A DNA stretch of 63,870 nt, counting the filler, from Octopus bimaculoides (Eukaryota): assembly GCF_001194135.2 (NCBI RefSeq). It is 5 parts of 5 records of this genome, joined end to end, with 100 filler letters (N's around TTAATTAATTAA, not from the genome) between each part and the next. Parts side by side here need not be neighbours in the genome. Positions count along the whole stretch, not along the records: positions 1 to 30,579 come from NC_068994.1; 4 more parts are not named here. One strand, written 5' to 3'. The translations under genes and the position numbers were made by a program. This document shows positions 13,390-25,743 of this stretch, piece after piece. Under the pieces are notes generated by a model. That model saw only the letters and a program-made list of their open reading frames with translations, was not told where the DNA came from and ran no database searches. The first letter of the stretch is position 1, and each line of letters begins with the position of its first letter.

Positions 13390-15093
13390 TTAAGGGTGGA
13401 TGGATTGCCACAGTAATGTACTCATTGGTGTATATTCCTTTATATTTTTGCATGATGTTGGTTTTAGAAAATTATTACGAATGGGCAAATGTATTTTCCT
13501 GTGCATTTGCAGTTCATTGATTGTCGAGTATGGCTTCGTGCAGGTGTCACAAAAGAACATTCTGGGTTCTTCTGGAGTAATTTGCATCTCTGCAGGATGT
13601 GCATGTTTTTTGTGTGATATTAGTTGAGGCTTGCGCATGAACATCTCACTACACAGATTGCAGCCGTAGGGTTTCTCGCCAGTGTGGCTGCGAATATGAA
13701 TTTGAAGTTTGTCTTTCCTTGCAAACTGCTTCTGACATGTGTCACACTGAAAAGGTTTCTCGCCGGTATGAATCCTTCGGTGTATGTTCAGATAACATCT
13801 TTGAATGAACTGCTTTGGACAGAGGTCGCAGTGAAAAGGTTTCTCCCCGGTATGTGTCCTCCGGTGAATTTGCAGTCGGTCACTGCGTGCAAACTGCTTG
13901 GTACATACCTCGCAGTGGAAAGGCTTCTCTCCAGTGTGTGTCCTCTCATGTATAATTAACTTGTCCTTCTGTACAAAAGGTTTGGGGCAGTAGCTACATT
14001 GCAGCAGCTTCTCGCCTGTGTGTATTCTCCTGTGCAACTGTAGCTTGTCACCACGAGCAAACTGTTTGGGGCAAAATTCACAGCTGTAAGGTTTCTCACC
14101 AGTGTGAATTCTTTCATGTATTTTCAGCTTATCTCTTTGAACAAACTGTTTTGGGCAATAACTGCAGTGGTAGGGTCTCTCACCAGTGTGTGAGCTCTCG
14201 TGAATCTTTAGCTTGTCTTTGCGAGAGAAACATTTCGAGCAATAGCCACAGCTGAACGGTTTCTCCCCAGTGTGGATTCTCTCGTGAATCTGGAATTTGT
14301 CCCTATGGACAAACTGTTTGGCACAGTAGGTGCAGGTGAACAACTTCTCGCCTGTATGGATTCTCTGGTGCAGTTGCAAAGTGTTTCGACGTGTGAACTG
14401 TTTCAGGCAAATGTCACAGCTGTACAGTTTTGCAAATGACTGAACAGTCCGGAAACTCGGTAGCAGTTTTGTGGGTTGGTTCACCATGGTCTGTGACAAT
14501 ATCGAAGGTGACGGAGACTGGGAGGAAATTGCTGTTGTAATTGTTGGTGTTGATGATGAGGACAGAGATGAAGATGGCACAATCGGTTGTTTTATTGTGG
14601 TTTTTATAGCTGCTGCTCCTGCAACTGCAGTTGATGACGATGACGATGGTGGTGGTGGTGGTGGTGGTGGCGGCAGCGGCGGTACTCTAGCTGCTGCTGT
14701 AACTACATTCGTAGTCGATGTCGTCGGTGGTGATATTTGCTTCTGGCAAACTGCATTGGCGCATTGATTCGAGGACTTCTCAATGGCATGCATCGCTGCA
14801 GCATCAAATGGCTGCAGGTAACAGTTCCCTGGGGTGAACTGTTTGGTGTAGATGTCAGCAGGGAAGACCTTCTGGTTGGCATGAAGTAACCCGTGAGGCT
14901 GGAGGTAATACCCAGCTGCAAACTGATTCAGATATGTCGTCGTGGGAAACGACTTATCACACATATGTGTCAACATACCATGTGAGTGTGATGGAGCATT
15001 CGTATGTTGCAGGACACTTGACTTACCACCAAGACCCCCATGTAATACCTTCTTCTCACCGATTTTATCCATGTTCTGCCCAGATGTCATCAT
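13390..15093 (-). CDS. C2H2 zinc-finger protein, 567 aa, 11 fingers (10 tandem plus 1 separated) after a Pro/Ser/Thr-rich low-complexity region; single coding exon
   Basis: Uninterrupted ORF with repeated CxxC-x12-HxxxH units and TGEKP-type linkers (array about 13489..14427). Finger 10 is HxxxxH. Finger 11 (FCDTCTKPYSTINELQMHRKIH) follows a longer linker. Confidence 0.95.
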   Translation of the reverse strand: MMTSGQNMDKIGEKKVLHGGLGGKSSVLQHTNAPSHSHGMLTHMCDKSFPTTTYLNQFAAGYYLQPHGLLHANQKVFPADIYTKQFTPGNCYLQPFDAAAMHAIEKSSNQCANAVCQKQISPPTTSTTNVVTAAARVPPLPPPPPPPPPSSSSSTAVAGAAAIKTTIKQPIVPSSSLSSSSTPTITTAISSQSPSPSILSQTMVNQPTKLLPSFRTVQSFAKLYSCDICLKQFTRRNTLQLHQRIHTGEKLFTCTYCAKQFVHRDKFQIHERIHTGEKPFSCGYCSKCFSRKDKLKIHESSHTGERPYHCSYCPKQFVQRDKLKIHERIHTGEKPYSCEFCPKQFARGDKLQLHRRIHTGEKLLQCSYCPKPFVQKDKLIIHERTHTGEKPFHCEVCTKQFARSDRLQIHRRTHTGEKPFHCDLCPKQFIQRCYLNIHRRIHTGEKPFQCDTCQKQFARKDKLQIHIRSHTGEKPYGCNLCSEMFMRKPQLISHKKHAHPAEMQITPEEPRMFFCDTCTKPYSTINELQMHRKIHLPIRNNFLKPTSCKNIKEYTPMSTLLWQSIHP

Positions 15094-15319
15094 GAGGAAA
15101 TAAACACCAAGCTGTCTACGTTATAGATTATATATACGACTACTATACTTATTGCCTATTGTTGTTGTTGTTGTTGTTGGTAGTGGTGGTGATGGAATAA
15201 TCTGTTGGTTGTTGTTGATGTTGTTCTCTGTTTTTGAAAATCCAAATGTCATCTGAGTGACCAACCATACTTGTTGCGTAGTGTCCTTCATTACCTCACA
15301 GGTACAATTGACCAATATC

Positions 15320-15346
15320 CTAAATACCAAGAAGAAGAAGAGAAAA
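15320..15346 (-). promoter_or_regulatory. Candidate splice acceptor for the ZNF coding exon
   Basis: Minus strand reads ttttctcttcttcttcttggtatttAG|gatattgg: a polypyrimidine tract plus AG (15321-15320), about 225 nt upstream of the ATG. Confidence 0.45.
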
Positions 15347-15795
15347 TATATATATTAGACAAGAAAGAAGAAAAGAGTACAGAAACAGGATCAAAAATGA
15401 AACAAAACAAAATATATATAAATCAATGAAACAATGAGGCCTGATAATTGAGAAAGAAATAGTTCGTCATAGCAGCCAATCAGAATGCTTGGTCATATCT
15501 AAAACAGCTGAGTGGCCTGGAATAGCATGAAATGAAGTGTCTTGCTCAAGAACACAATGCAACACTGGTCCAGGAATTGAAACTACAAGGTCACACACAC
15601 CGATTTCTGTGTATATGTTTGTCTGTGAGTAAAATTCTAATAATAATGCAGACATGTACGTAATTTATTAATTTATTATTAGATATAATAATATAAACTA
15701 TCCACATGTTCTTAAGTTATGAAACAATTTGTCATAATATTAGAATTTTCTTATTGTTAAATAAAATTTCATGAAACTATTTCTCTGTCATTTAT

Positions 15796-15838
<43 letters not shown>

Positions 15839-16009
15839 CACATACGTTTGTAAGGAACAATATATAAATTACGTCATATGTAAACAGACTTAAAAGTTTG
15901 TTTTTGAAGCGCTGAAATGTGTTGTAGTATAAGGAGAAAGGTATATTTTCCAACATGTAAAATGCTGATATAACAGTATATATGGGATAATATTCCTTAC
16001 AGAGCAGAA

Positions 16010-16080
16010 AAATCTGTCAGCAACCAGCCATGAGAATTGAACTCACATCCCTTTGATTTCCGGTCAAGTGCTCTACCATA
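16010..16080 (-). other. tRNA-like fragment (SINE head or tRNA pseudogene)
   Basis: Minus strand GGTAGAGCACTTGACCGGAAATCAAAGGGATGTGAGTTCAATTCTCATGGCTGG; no acceptor stem. Confidence 0.45.
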
Positions 16081-16609
16081 AATGTTTATGGATCTGTGAT
16101 AAGATGAATAACTATATGTATGTGTTTATAGGAGTACATAAAAGTGTGTATGTGTGTTGGTGTAAGTATGTATGTATTTGTGTGTATATCTGTGAACATA
16201 TCATATGAGTCACTGTCCATGTGTATGTGTGAGTGAGTCTCTGTACACATGAGTGTGTTTGTGTGTATTTGTACATGTGTGTGTGTTGGTAACTTCCTAG
16301 TGGAGGTGAAATTCCCTGGAGCATGGATAATTTCACAGTCCATGCATCTCATCTGATAACCATAAACCTAACGAGGCATTCATTGTGATTAAAAGCAAAT
16401 TGACATAAAATTAGATTATCTATGGTTATTAATCAAGAAGACAATATCATTAAAAGTAAATTCACAACAGAATGTGCATTAACCAACATGAGCACCATAC
16501 TGACAGATGATTTATAGTTGTATACTGGGTATAGAGCATTACACACACACATATGTACTCATAAATATATATATACACATGCACACACATAAATAATATA
16601 TATATATAT

Positions 16610-16809
16610 GTGTTTGTCCCCCCACCATCGCTTGACAACCGATGCTGGTGTGTTTACGTCCCCCGTAACTTAGCGGTTCGGCAAAAAGTGACCGATAGAA
16701 TAAGTACTAGGCTTACAAAGAATAAGTCCTGGGGTCGATTTTCTCGACCAAAGGCGGTGCTCCAGCATGGCCACAGTCAAATGACTGAAACAAGTAAAAG
16801 AGTAAAGAG
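16610..16809 (+). mobile_element. SINE family B/C 3' body (others at 35578..35785 and 47451..47644)
   Basis: GTTTGTCCCCCCACCATCGCTTGACAACCG...GGCGGTGCTCCAGCATGGCC...GAAACAAGTAAAAGAG. Confidence 0.88.
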
Positions 16810-16829
16810 TATATATATATACATATAGA

Positions 16830-17400
16830 CATCATCATCATCATTTAATGAATGTTTTCCATGCTGGCATGGGTTGGTCAGTTTGACAGGAGCTAGCAAG
16901 CTAGAGAGCTGTCTAGGCTCCATGTCTGTTTTGACATGGTTTCTATGGCTGGATGCCCTTCCTAATGCCAACCACTTTACAGAACATATTGGCTGCTTTT
17001 GTACAGTGTTGGCACAGGTGCATTTATGTGGCACCAGTACGGGTGATTTTTATGTGGCACCAGCACCCACAAGTCCGCAAGGAGAGGAATGCAGGGGACA
17101 GCCTGTATGCAAGGACAACCATGATTTTATTTAGCCTGGCGTGTCTTTTCAAACACAGCAAACAGTCAGAAGCCTCAGTCCCCTATCATCCTCCCTATGA
17201 GTCCCAACGTCCATTGATCCTTTCCCACCACTTTGTCCTGTGTCTTCCTGGGTCTACCCCTTCTACATGTTCTGTCTACAATTTGAGATTGGCACTTTTT
17301 GATGCAGCTGCCTTCATTCATACCTATCGCATGGCCATACCAGTGTAGTCTTCTCTCCTCCATGCTACATCTGATGTCTCGTACACCCAGTTTTTACACA
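16830..17400 (-). mobile_element. RTE-clade LINE 3' fragment (ORF2 C-terminus, 3' UTR, (GAT)n tail)
   Basis: MEERRLHWYGHAIGMNEGSCIKKCQSQIVDRTCRRGRPRKT...VVGKDQWTLGL matches the RRLRWFGHV...RGRP..TW pattern. Confidence 0.85.
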
Positions 17401-17779
17401 TATGTTGCTTAGTCCATGTCAGCACTGACTGAGCAGACTTAAGGCATTCCATTCATGATCATCCCCTATCTTATTTACAGATTTAGTGTATCTAGGACAA
17501 AAAAAATTTACCTAATACATCTTTCCCAGTTTTAAAAGATGGCAGGGTGCAATATGAAGGAGATTTGGCTGCTATTTCTAGCAGGTCGAGCGACCATGTA
17601 AAAGCCCTTCAAATTCATCTCACCTGTAGAGGCAAATGGCTGGTAGACCCAAACTTTTATTGGGTCATCAGTGGTGCCTTGAGCCATGTACCCAAGGGAA
17701 ATCAGTTTCAAAGAGTCCTTGTCTATCACTAAGCTATCAATGGTCACAGCAGGAGTGGGACATAGCTCTGCAAGCTGAA

Positions 17780-18235
17780 CACAGTACTTGTCAGCTTTAT
17801 AGTGCTACCTCATGTCACACTATTTTCCCCCCACATCTAAAATATAGCCCCATGTCACACTCTTCTGTTCTTTCAGTGCAATGTCTATCACAGTTTCATC
17901 GATTCAATCAGACAAATCTAAAGCCTAACCCCAGTCACATTATTATTATAAAGTGCCACATATTTGCAACGTAACTTCCACTCACAATCTTATCTGGCCA
18001 CTGCACATGTCACACTGTTATACAGTCATGCACATTTATAAATATAAACTCAGTTACATTGTTGTCTAATCACACAGATCTAGAACATAGCCCCAAGTCA
18101 CACTGTCATCCAGTTACACACACATTTATGACAGACACAGCCTCAGTCACATGCATCAAGTCACACTGTTATCTTCTTTTGCATATCAGGTATGACACAA
18201 TCTCAGCCACACATCATTTATAACAAAGCCTTGAC
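17780..18235. repeat. Degenerate ~40-45 bp minisatellite-like region
   Basis: Recurring (A/G)CCCCA(T/A)GTCACACT(G/A)TT(A/C)T motif, at least 8 times, with variable spacing. Confidence 0.5.
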
Positions 18236-18561
18236 CCTAAATTGTAAATAAAAACCGTGATGCAATTGCTTAAATTTATTCATTTACTGATGTAAGATAA
18301 CTTGTGGTCAAATATAAAACTCACCGCGTGCTTTAACAGATACAGTTACCGAGGACATGTTGGCCAGGTGGTGGTACAGGATTTTTCTGCATAAACTGTG
18401 TTGAATGGGTTTGATGTCGGGTATATCTCTAGAATGATTTCATTGTGTAAACATGTAAGCTCTTTGTCTGAAACTGTTTCTGAAAACAATTGAAAACAAA
18501 CTATTTTTAAATAAAGAGTGAAAAACAAAACATTGGTTTGCTTTTAAAAAACATATAAATA

Positions 18562-18722
18562 GGCACAGGTGTGACTGTGTAGTTGAGGAGCTTGCTTCTC
18601 ATTCATGTGGTTTGGGGTTCAGTGTCGCTGTATGGCACCTTGTGCAAATGTCTTCTACTACAGCTCTAGGCCAACCAAAGCTTGAATAGATTTGGTGGAT
18701 GGAAACTGAAAGAAGTCCATTG
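18562..18722 (+). mobile_element. SINE family B head (others: 5612..5742 -, 12351..12510 +, 43080..43232 -)
   Basis: GGGTTCAGT...GGCACCTTG.GCAA.TGTCTTCTACTA.AGC...GGAAACTGAAAGAAG. Confidence 0.8.
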
Positions 18723-19547
18723 TGTGTGTGTGTGTGTATAAATATATGTGTATGTATGATTGTGCATATATGCACCATCTCTTTGACATACGACCATCTG
18801 CACTTACGATGACAAAACATAAGGAAATAAATGAATTAATTAGAAATTGATTTTTGGACACTGGGCAGCTGCACGTACAATAACTATGGCAGTTTCGGGC
18901 AACACAGGCCTCCACTGCCTCCCAGTGTCTCACTCAGTTTCTTTCAAGCAAGAGTTGTGTTTGAATGAAAATAGTGTTGAAAAATATAAATTCAACATAT
19001 AACCAGATCGACTTACGACCTATCAGCTGGAACAGAACTCGGTCATAAGTCAAGGAGAAGGTGTGTATATATATATACATATATACATACATACATACTA
19101 TTGAACCTTGGGAGGGGCATTATGCTGGTAATAATAAACACACACACTGGTTTGGTCCTTTATTGTTATTATTAGTTAATGGGTTAGTTACTCCATTGAC
19201 CAATTTATCAATCAGCCGTTTTTTTACTAGTTTTTCAAACTCCTATGTTAATCACTTTGGTCAAACAGTTAATTGTTGGTGTTGTTGTATCTTTTTTTGT
19301 CAAATAATTATTTCATCGCAATTGTTGCAATCTCTTCAGCGATACGTCTCTCTACTTCCATTTCTTTTGAACTTATGTTCCAGTGTTGGGATTTGTCCAG
19401 AGATGAGTATGTGAGTGTGTGTATGTCTGCATGTGTGCGTGTTTATACATAAGTGTATGCACCCATGTGTGTATGTGTTTTTCAAAACACTGACTATGTC
19501 ATTTTTCATACACACACACACACACATATACATACATATATATACCG

Positions 19548-19750
19548 CCTGACTGGCCTTCATGCCGGTGGCTCGTAAAAGCACCCACTACACTCTCGGA
19601 GTGGTTGGCGTTAGGAAGGGCATCCAGCTGTAGAAACTCTGCCAAATCAGATTGGAGCCTGGTGTTGCCATCTGGTTTCACCAGTTCTCTGTCAAATCGT
19701 TCAACCCATGCCAGCATGGAAAGCGGACGTTAAACGATGATGATGATGAT
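19548..19750 (+). mobile_element. 3' UTR/tail of the same RTE-related family (others: 6008..6063 -, 35865..35975 +, ~10100..10145 +)
   Basis: GAGTGGTTGGCGTTAGGAAGGGCATCCAGC...CCCATGCCAGCATGGAAAGCGGACGTTAAACGATGATGATG. Confidence 0.85.
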
Positions 19751-19751
19751 G

Positions 19752-19791
<40 letters not shown>

Positions 19792-20550
19792 GAGGTAGCT
19801 AATTAGAGAAAGCTAAACACACACATTTATGTGCGTGTGAGTATCTTTAGCTGATGTATGTTGAAGGATGTAAATATTGAACAAAAACCAAAAACAAAAA
19901 TTCCATTTGAATAAGGCCCTGTGATATTTATTTTGGATCAAATTACACAGACACTCCCTTGTTACTCTCGCTGTTGGAAATGCAGTGAATGAGTGACTGG
20001 ACCAATGATGCCATTGAAATATAAAGTAAATAAATACATAAATGCTGCCAGACAATCTAATTTTTCACTTTCCAGTGTTGATAAAATAAATACCAACAAT
20101 AAACTGGAGTTCATTCGGTAACTCCCCACCTACAACAAAAATTAATTTCGAGTCTATGCAAAAAAAAAAAAATGGTTTTCGTTTATGCTGCTGCTGCTAA
20201 TGACGATGATGATGATGTTGATAACAATGTCCAACATAAGCACCGGGGAAGGAATGTTGGCATGAGAATATTATTCTATATTGACTCTCGTGTTTGACTG
20301 GTTCTTCATGTTACCAACTGAGAAGGACGAAAGACAAAAGTCGGCCTTGGTTTGACTGCAACGATGTATAAATGACAATATGCACTGATTAAACATACAC
20401 AGCTGGGACAGTTGTTGTTAGAACAGATATGATTCATATCTGCACGGGGGACCCTCAAGAGGATTAACAGTTTTTGGCACTTAGCTGTCAGGCATGTAAG
20501 AGATAAAAATTCTATTATGGCTAGAAATATAATCTTCAATTATCTTTTGT

Positions 20551-21269
20551 CTTTTACTTGTTTTAGTCACTGGATTGAAGTCGTGCTGGGGCAACACCTT
20601 CAAGGGTTTAGTCAAACGAATTGACCCCAGTTTTTTTAAATCTTGGTACTTATTCTACTGGGCTCTTTGGCTGAAGAACCGCTCATTTATGGGGATGTAA
20701 ACAAACTAACACTGGTTATCAAGTAGTGGTGGGGGACAAACATAAACACACACATCTATCTATACGTACATACACACATATACAGATGTATGATGGGCTT
20801 CCAGACAGCTTCTGTCTACCAAGTCCACTCATAAGGTTTTGGTTGGCCTGGGGCTATAATAGAAGACACTTGCCCTAGGTGCCTTACAGTGGGACTGAAC
20901 CCAGAGCTGTGTGGTTGAGAAGCGGCCATGTTGAAGCACCACCTTTAGTCGAACAAGTAGACCCCAGGAGTTATTCTTTGTAAGCCTAGTACTTTTTCTA
21001 TTGGTCTCTTTTGCCGAACTGCTAAGTTACGGGAACGTAAACACATCAGCATCGGTTGTCAAGCGGTGGCGAGGGCGGGGGACACAAACACAGACACACA
21101 TATATACGACAGGCTTCTTTCAGTTTCTATCTACCAGATTCACTCACAAAGCTTTGGTGAGCCCGAGGCTATAGTAGAAGACACTTGCCCAAGGTGCCAT
21201 GCAGTGGAACTGAACCCAGAACCATGAAGTTGGTAAGCAAGCTACTTACCACACAGCCACTCCTATACC
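20551..21269 (-). mobile_element. Two tandem SINE family B/C copies (20551..20923, 20924..21269)
   Basis: Reverse complements of the B/C head and body, each with a CA/TA-rich interior. Confidence 0.85.
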
Positions 21270-21611
21270 TCTTAACTTTTTTAAAAAATCTTTAATCATT
21301 ATTTTTACCATGTCAGCAAAGGTTTGATTGTTTTGTAAACTTGTACATTGGGATAAATTGAGTAAGAGATTTTTTTTTACACTTAAATGCTCTTTCTAAT
21401 AATCCCCATTCAACCATGACTACATAGTTATCAGCATAGCTAGGTAGAGTTGTGTACCTTGTTAAGAACAATATCTCAGCTAAAGGTGGTTTTGTGAATT
21501 AAGTACTGGACTACTTTGCTCATTGGTCCGTCATTCAAATTTAATGCTGGTATTTCTTCGTGTTTTGGGGCATACTTTACATTGCTTTAATTCATTAACT
21601 GTTAGGAATAT

Positions 21612-21974
21612 GTTGTTGTTAGCACTCCGTCGCTTACAACGACGAGGGTTCCAGTTGATCCGATCAACGGAACAGCCTGCTCGTGAAATTAACGTGCAAG
21701 TGGCTGAGCACTCCACAGACACGTGTACCCTTAACGTAGTTCTCGGGGAGATTCAGCGTGAGACAGTGTGACAAGGCTGACCCTTTGAATTACAGGTACA
21801 ACAGAAACAGGAAGTAAGAGTGAGAGAAAGTTGTGGTGAAAGAGTACAGCAGGGTTCGCCACCATCCCCTGCCGGAGCCTCGTGGAGCTTTAGGTGTTTT
21901 CGCTCAATAAACACTCACAATGCCCGGTCTGGGAATCGAAACCGCGAGTCCGCTGCCCTAACCACTGAGCCATT
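21612..21974 (-). mobile_element. tRNA-derived SINE family A (possibly octopus OR-type), copy 1
   Basis: Near-identical to 22619..22993 and 55531..55914; small deletion in the head; (AAC)n tail. Confidence 0.9.
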
Positions 21975-22618
21975 AGGGATATAAACCACATCTAACTGGA
22001 AATGCTCATGCTTAGACCAGATTCCACCAGTGATATCAGGTCTACCAATACGACTGGATTTGGACTGATTCTGTTTAAAATCCACTTGATGGTTGAAGTG
22101 TGTAAGAGCTCAATGTAGACTTAAATGGGTGCAGGCATGGCTTTGTGTTTAAGTGGTTTATTTTATGGTCTTGACACTTAGCGCAAGTGTCATCTAACAG
22201 AGTCTCATGAGAAAAACTGTAGAAGCATGCTGAAGAGAAAACGCAGCATTATACGAGTGGTAGACTTAATATGTCACCCAGTTTAACACCACTAACTGGC
22301 CCTTATCTGGCTTTCATGAGATTCACTCTGTTGCAAGAATTCAGGCCAGGTCTTCATACTGAGAATAATTAGCTTCCGTCTATCTGTCAAAAGCACCCAT
22401 GACCCTGAAAAAAATATTATGGGTGCTGCCTACCTCATTTGACTAGAATAATGATTCTGAACCATTTATTTTGCCTCTGGACCCTTTGATTGCTATGTTA
22501 CTTAGGTAGATCCTCATAGCCATTCTATGTGTAAAAAAAATCCTGTTATATCTTTAGAATTAAATATTATTAGGAATTGTATTTAAAAAATTGTTAAAAT
22601 ATTTTGTGTATTGTAGAA

Positions 22619-22993
22619 GTTGTTGGCACTCCGTCACTTACTACGTCAAGGGTTCCAGTTGATCCAATCAACGGAACAGCCTGCTCGTGAAATTAACGTG
22701 CAAGTGGCTGAGCACTCCACAGACACATGTACCCTTAACGTAGTTCTCGGGGGAGATTCAGCGTGACAAGGCTGGCCCTTTGAATTACAGGCACAACAGA
22801 AACACGAAGAAAGAGTGAGAGAAAGTTGTGGTGAAAGAGTACAGCAGGGTTCGCCACCATCGCCTGCCGGAGCCATGTGCAGCTTTAGGTGTTTTCACTC
22901 AATAAACACTCACAACGCCCGGTCTGGGAATCGAAACCGCGATCCTATGACTGCAAGTCCGCTGCCCTAACCACTGGACCATTGCGCCTCCAC
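22619..22993 (-). mobile_element. tRNA-derived SINE family A, copy 2
   Basis: Head GTGGAGGCGCAATGG...GTGGTTAGGGCAGCGGA...TTTCGATTCCCAGACCGGGCG with Pol III A/B boxes. Confidence 0.9.
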
Positions 22994-25088
22994 TATTGTA
23001 GAAGTATAACTAATTTATTGCACATAAATTTTAATGACACAATGGACCCCAATTGAGAACCACCTGACTAGGGCATAAAAAAACTCATGTACAATATCCA
23101 TCTGCAGGGGGTTATCTTTCTTGGCCATGAGAAAGTCTTACCTAATATCTTATACATCCTAAAGGACTATTATCAGTGGCTGGTGCTAGGTTCCAGTTTT
23201 ATAGCATAAATCAGATAAAACAGAAAATTTTCCCTTGGATAGAATGTCAGTCTATCACAGATACCATTCCCAGATTTTAAGGTTCCTAGTTGTGGCAAAG
23301 AGCTAAACAAAGGGACACTAAAATGTATACTACCCAAACATACAATAAAACACTGGCAACAGATTTGAACTCAAGACCTTTGAAGGTTGTAGTTTAGTAA
23401 TCTATTCTTTTAGTTACCTTGCTTTCATGAATGATGCTATGCTTGGGATTTGGTCTTCTCAAAGCATTACTAATCAAAATTACACTTTTGGAACATAAAA
23501 TGCTGTCAATTGAGATATCGTTATACCCTTACAATTAGCCAATCATTCATTTTTTTTTTGCTTTTTTTTTTTGTGGAAATGAACTCCTGGATGCTTTAAA
23601 GGAATATAAATCAACTCCAGTGCTTGTCTGGTAGTTTATTCAAGTGGCTTTGGGAGGAAGAAGGGTGAAATTGATTTTAGTGGGATTTGAACTCAGAACA
23701 TGAAACACTATAAACTAAATATCACAAGGCACTTTGTCTGAGGCTCTAATGATTTTTTCAACCCATCACCATTATATAAGACAGGATGAAATTCTGAGGG
23801 TAATTTGGCTGGTTATCATTGGCAAGTCAAAACCACCATGTAGTCTCCTTCATTGGCACACCAGAAACCAATATTAAGGGTGATGGCTGGAGAAAATATT
23901 TTGGTGTATTTAGATAGAACCTTGACATTCTCAGCTCAAATCCTGCTGGGAGTTGACTTTCTTTCATCATCTTGGGGTTGATAAAATAAACACTAGTTGC
24001 ACAAGAATTGATATAACCAATTACGACCTTCCCCCAAATTCAAAACCTCAGGCCACTGGAGCTCCAAGTTCAATCCCTGCTGAAGTAAACTATGTCTCAT
24101 TCTTCTGGATAAATAAAGTAGCTGGATCAGTTCTTTTTCTCTCTCTCCCTTAGACTTAGTGACATTGTCCCTTGAAAAAGGTCATGGAGCAACTCACAAT
24201 AACTCTTTTCCTAGAAATCTAAAAGACTTAAGTGAGAGGCAAGCAAATTTCTTTCATAGACAGTCTACAGGAGCCATCTAAGGAAGGACCAGTACATAGC
24301 ACAGCATAGAACAGGAATCTTGATATTAAAAAAAAAGGTAGAATGCCAGACAAAAATATCGTGTTCTTTTTAGTGACAATCGTTCCCAATTCTCAATGTT
24401 GGGCTCAGGGCTATTATCCTTGCTGCAGCAATGTCTTTGCTAAGTGTAATCCAGAGTCAATCTTGATCCAGCAATCCAATGATCAAAAGCATTTTAGCTG
24501 TGCCTCTAGTCTTCTTTTTCTTTTCAGATGCAGTGCATCGAGGGTTACATCAGCCAATGTATCCTTCTTTGGATTTGGCTACTATATCTAGCAGGTGGAA
24601 AGACCACATAAAAGCTCCCCAATCAATAATTGAAATACATACTAACTATACCCCTTTCCCAAAATGTGTCCCCATGTGGCAAAGTGGACTCCCACAAGAA
24701 AAAAAAAAATATATACATTAGTTTGTAGTATTTAGTTATGGCCCTTTACAATAGCTGAAAATCCTTCAGTGGGTCACTTCACCTTTCATCCATTCAAGTT
24801 GATAAAATATATCAATCAAATTCTGAAATTAATTTAAGCAGCTACGCCGAACTTTGAGCCTTTGTGCCAATGGTAAAAAAACATATTATTATGGTAAAAT
24901 TTTTACTATTATGCTCGTCTTATCACTGTGTCACGGATGAGTTGGACATTCCTGTCAAATAAACTTCGTAATTTCCTTTCAAGCTTTCACTGATGGCTGT
25001 TTAAGTTTCACGGAGAAACTATTTCTTCTATCAGAATATAATATGCTGCGAGCAATCAACCGACATAGACAAACACATGCTACACACA

Positions 25089-25161
<73 letters not shown>

Positions 25162-25683
25162 TATGTCACATACACAAATTGCAAAGCATGTCGATATTAA
25201 TGTTTACAACGTACATAAACAATACATCCGATGACGTGTATACATCTCTGCCTACCTGCCTGTCACTATATATATATATATAAAGAGGGCGAGAAAGAGA
25301 AACAGGTCAACTTTGTCTTTCATCCTTTCGTGGTCGATGAATAAGGTATCGGCCCAGGGCATAGATCGACGGAATGTTAGAGCGGTGAACAAGATGTCTT
25401 TGCAGCATCGGCTCCTTAGTTTATGATGTTTCTACTTTGTAATATAAACTTTTTTTCATGAAATCTACGGTTATACCTTGTCATAAGTTGTGTACTTTCT
25501 GAAATCAAATCCCGCTTCCTGTGACTAGAAAAATAAAAATAAAAATAAAGGCCCTCAGTAAACATGTTAATAGACCAAGGAGGTCCTTGAGCATGAATCC
25601 CAAGTATTTCAGCTGATCACTCTCAAGGCCAGCACACCAACCAGTTGGCAGGAGTGAACTATGCACCAAATAAACTATATATA

Positions 25684-25743
<60 letters not shown>

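Noticed and set aside
21700-21974. tRNA-like heads as real tRNA genes (also at 22900 and 55830)
   Set aside because: They continue into a shared ~300-nt body and tail, so they are SINE heads, not tRNAs.
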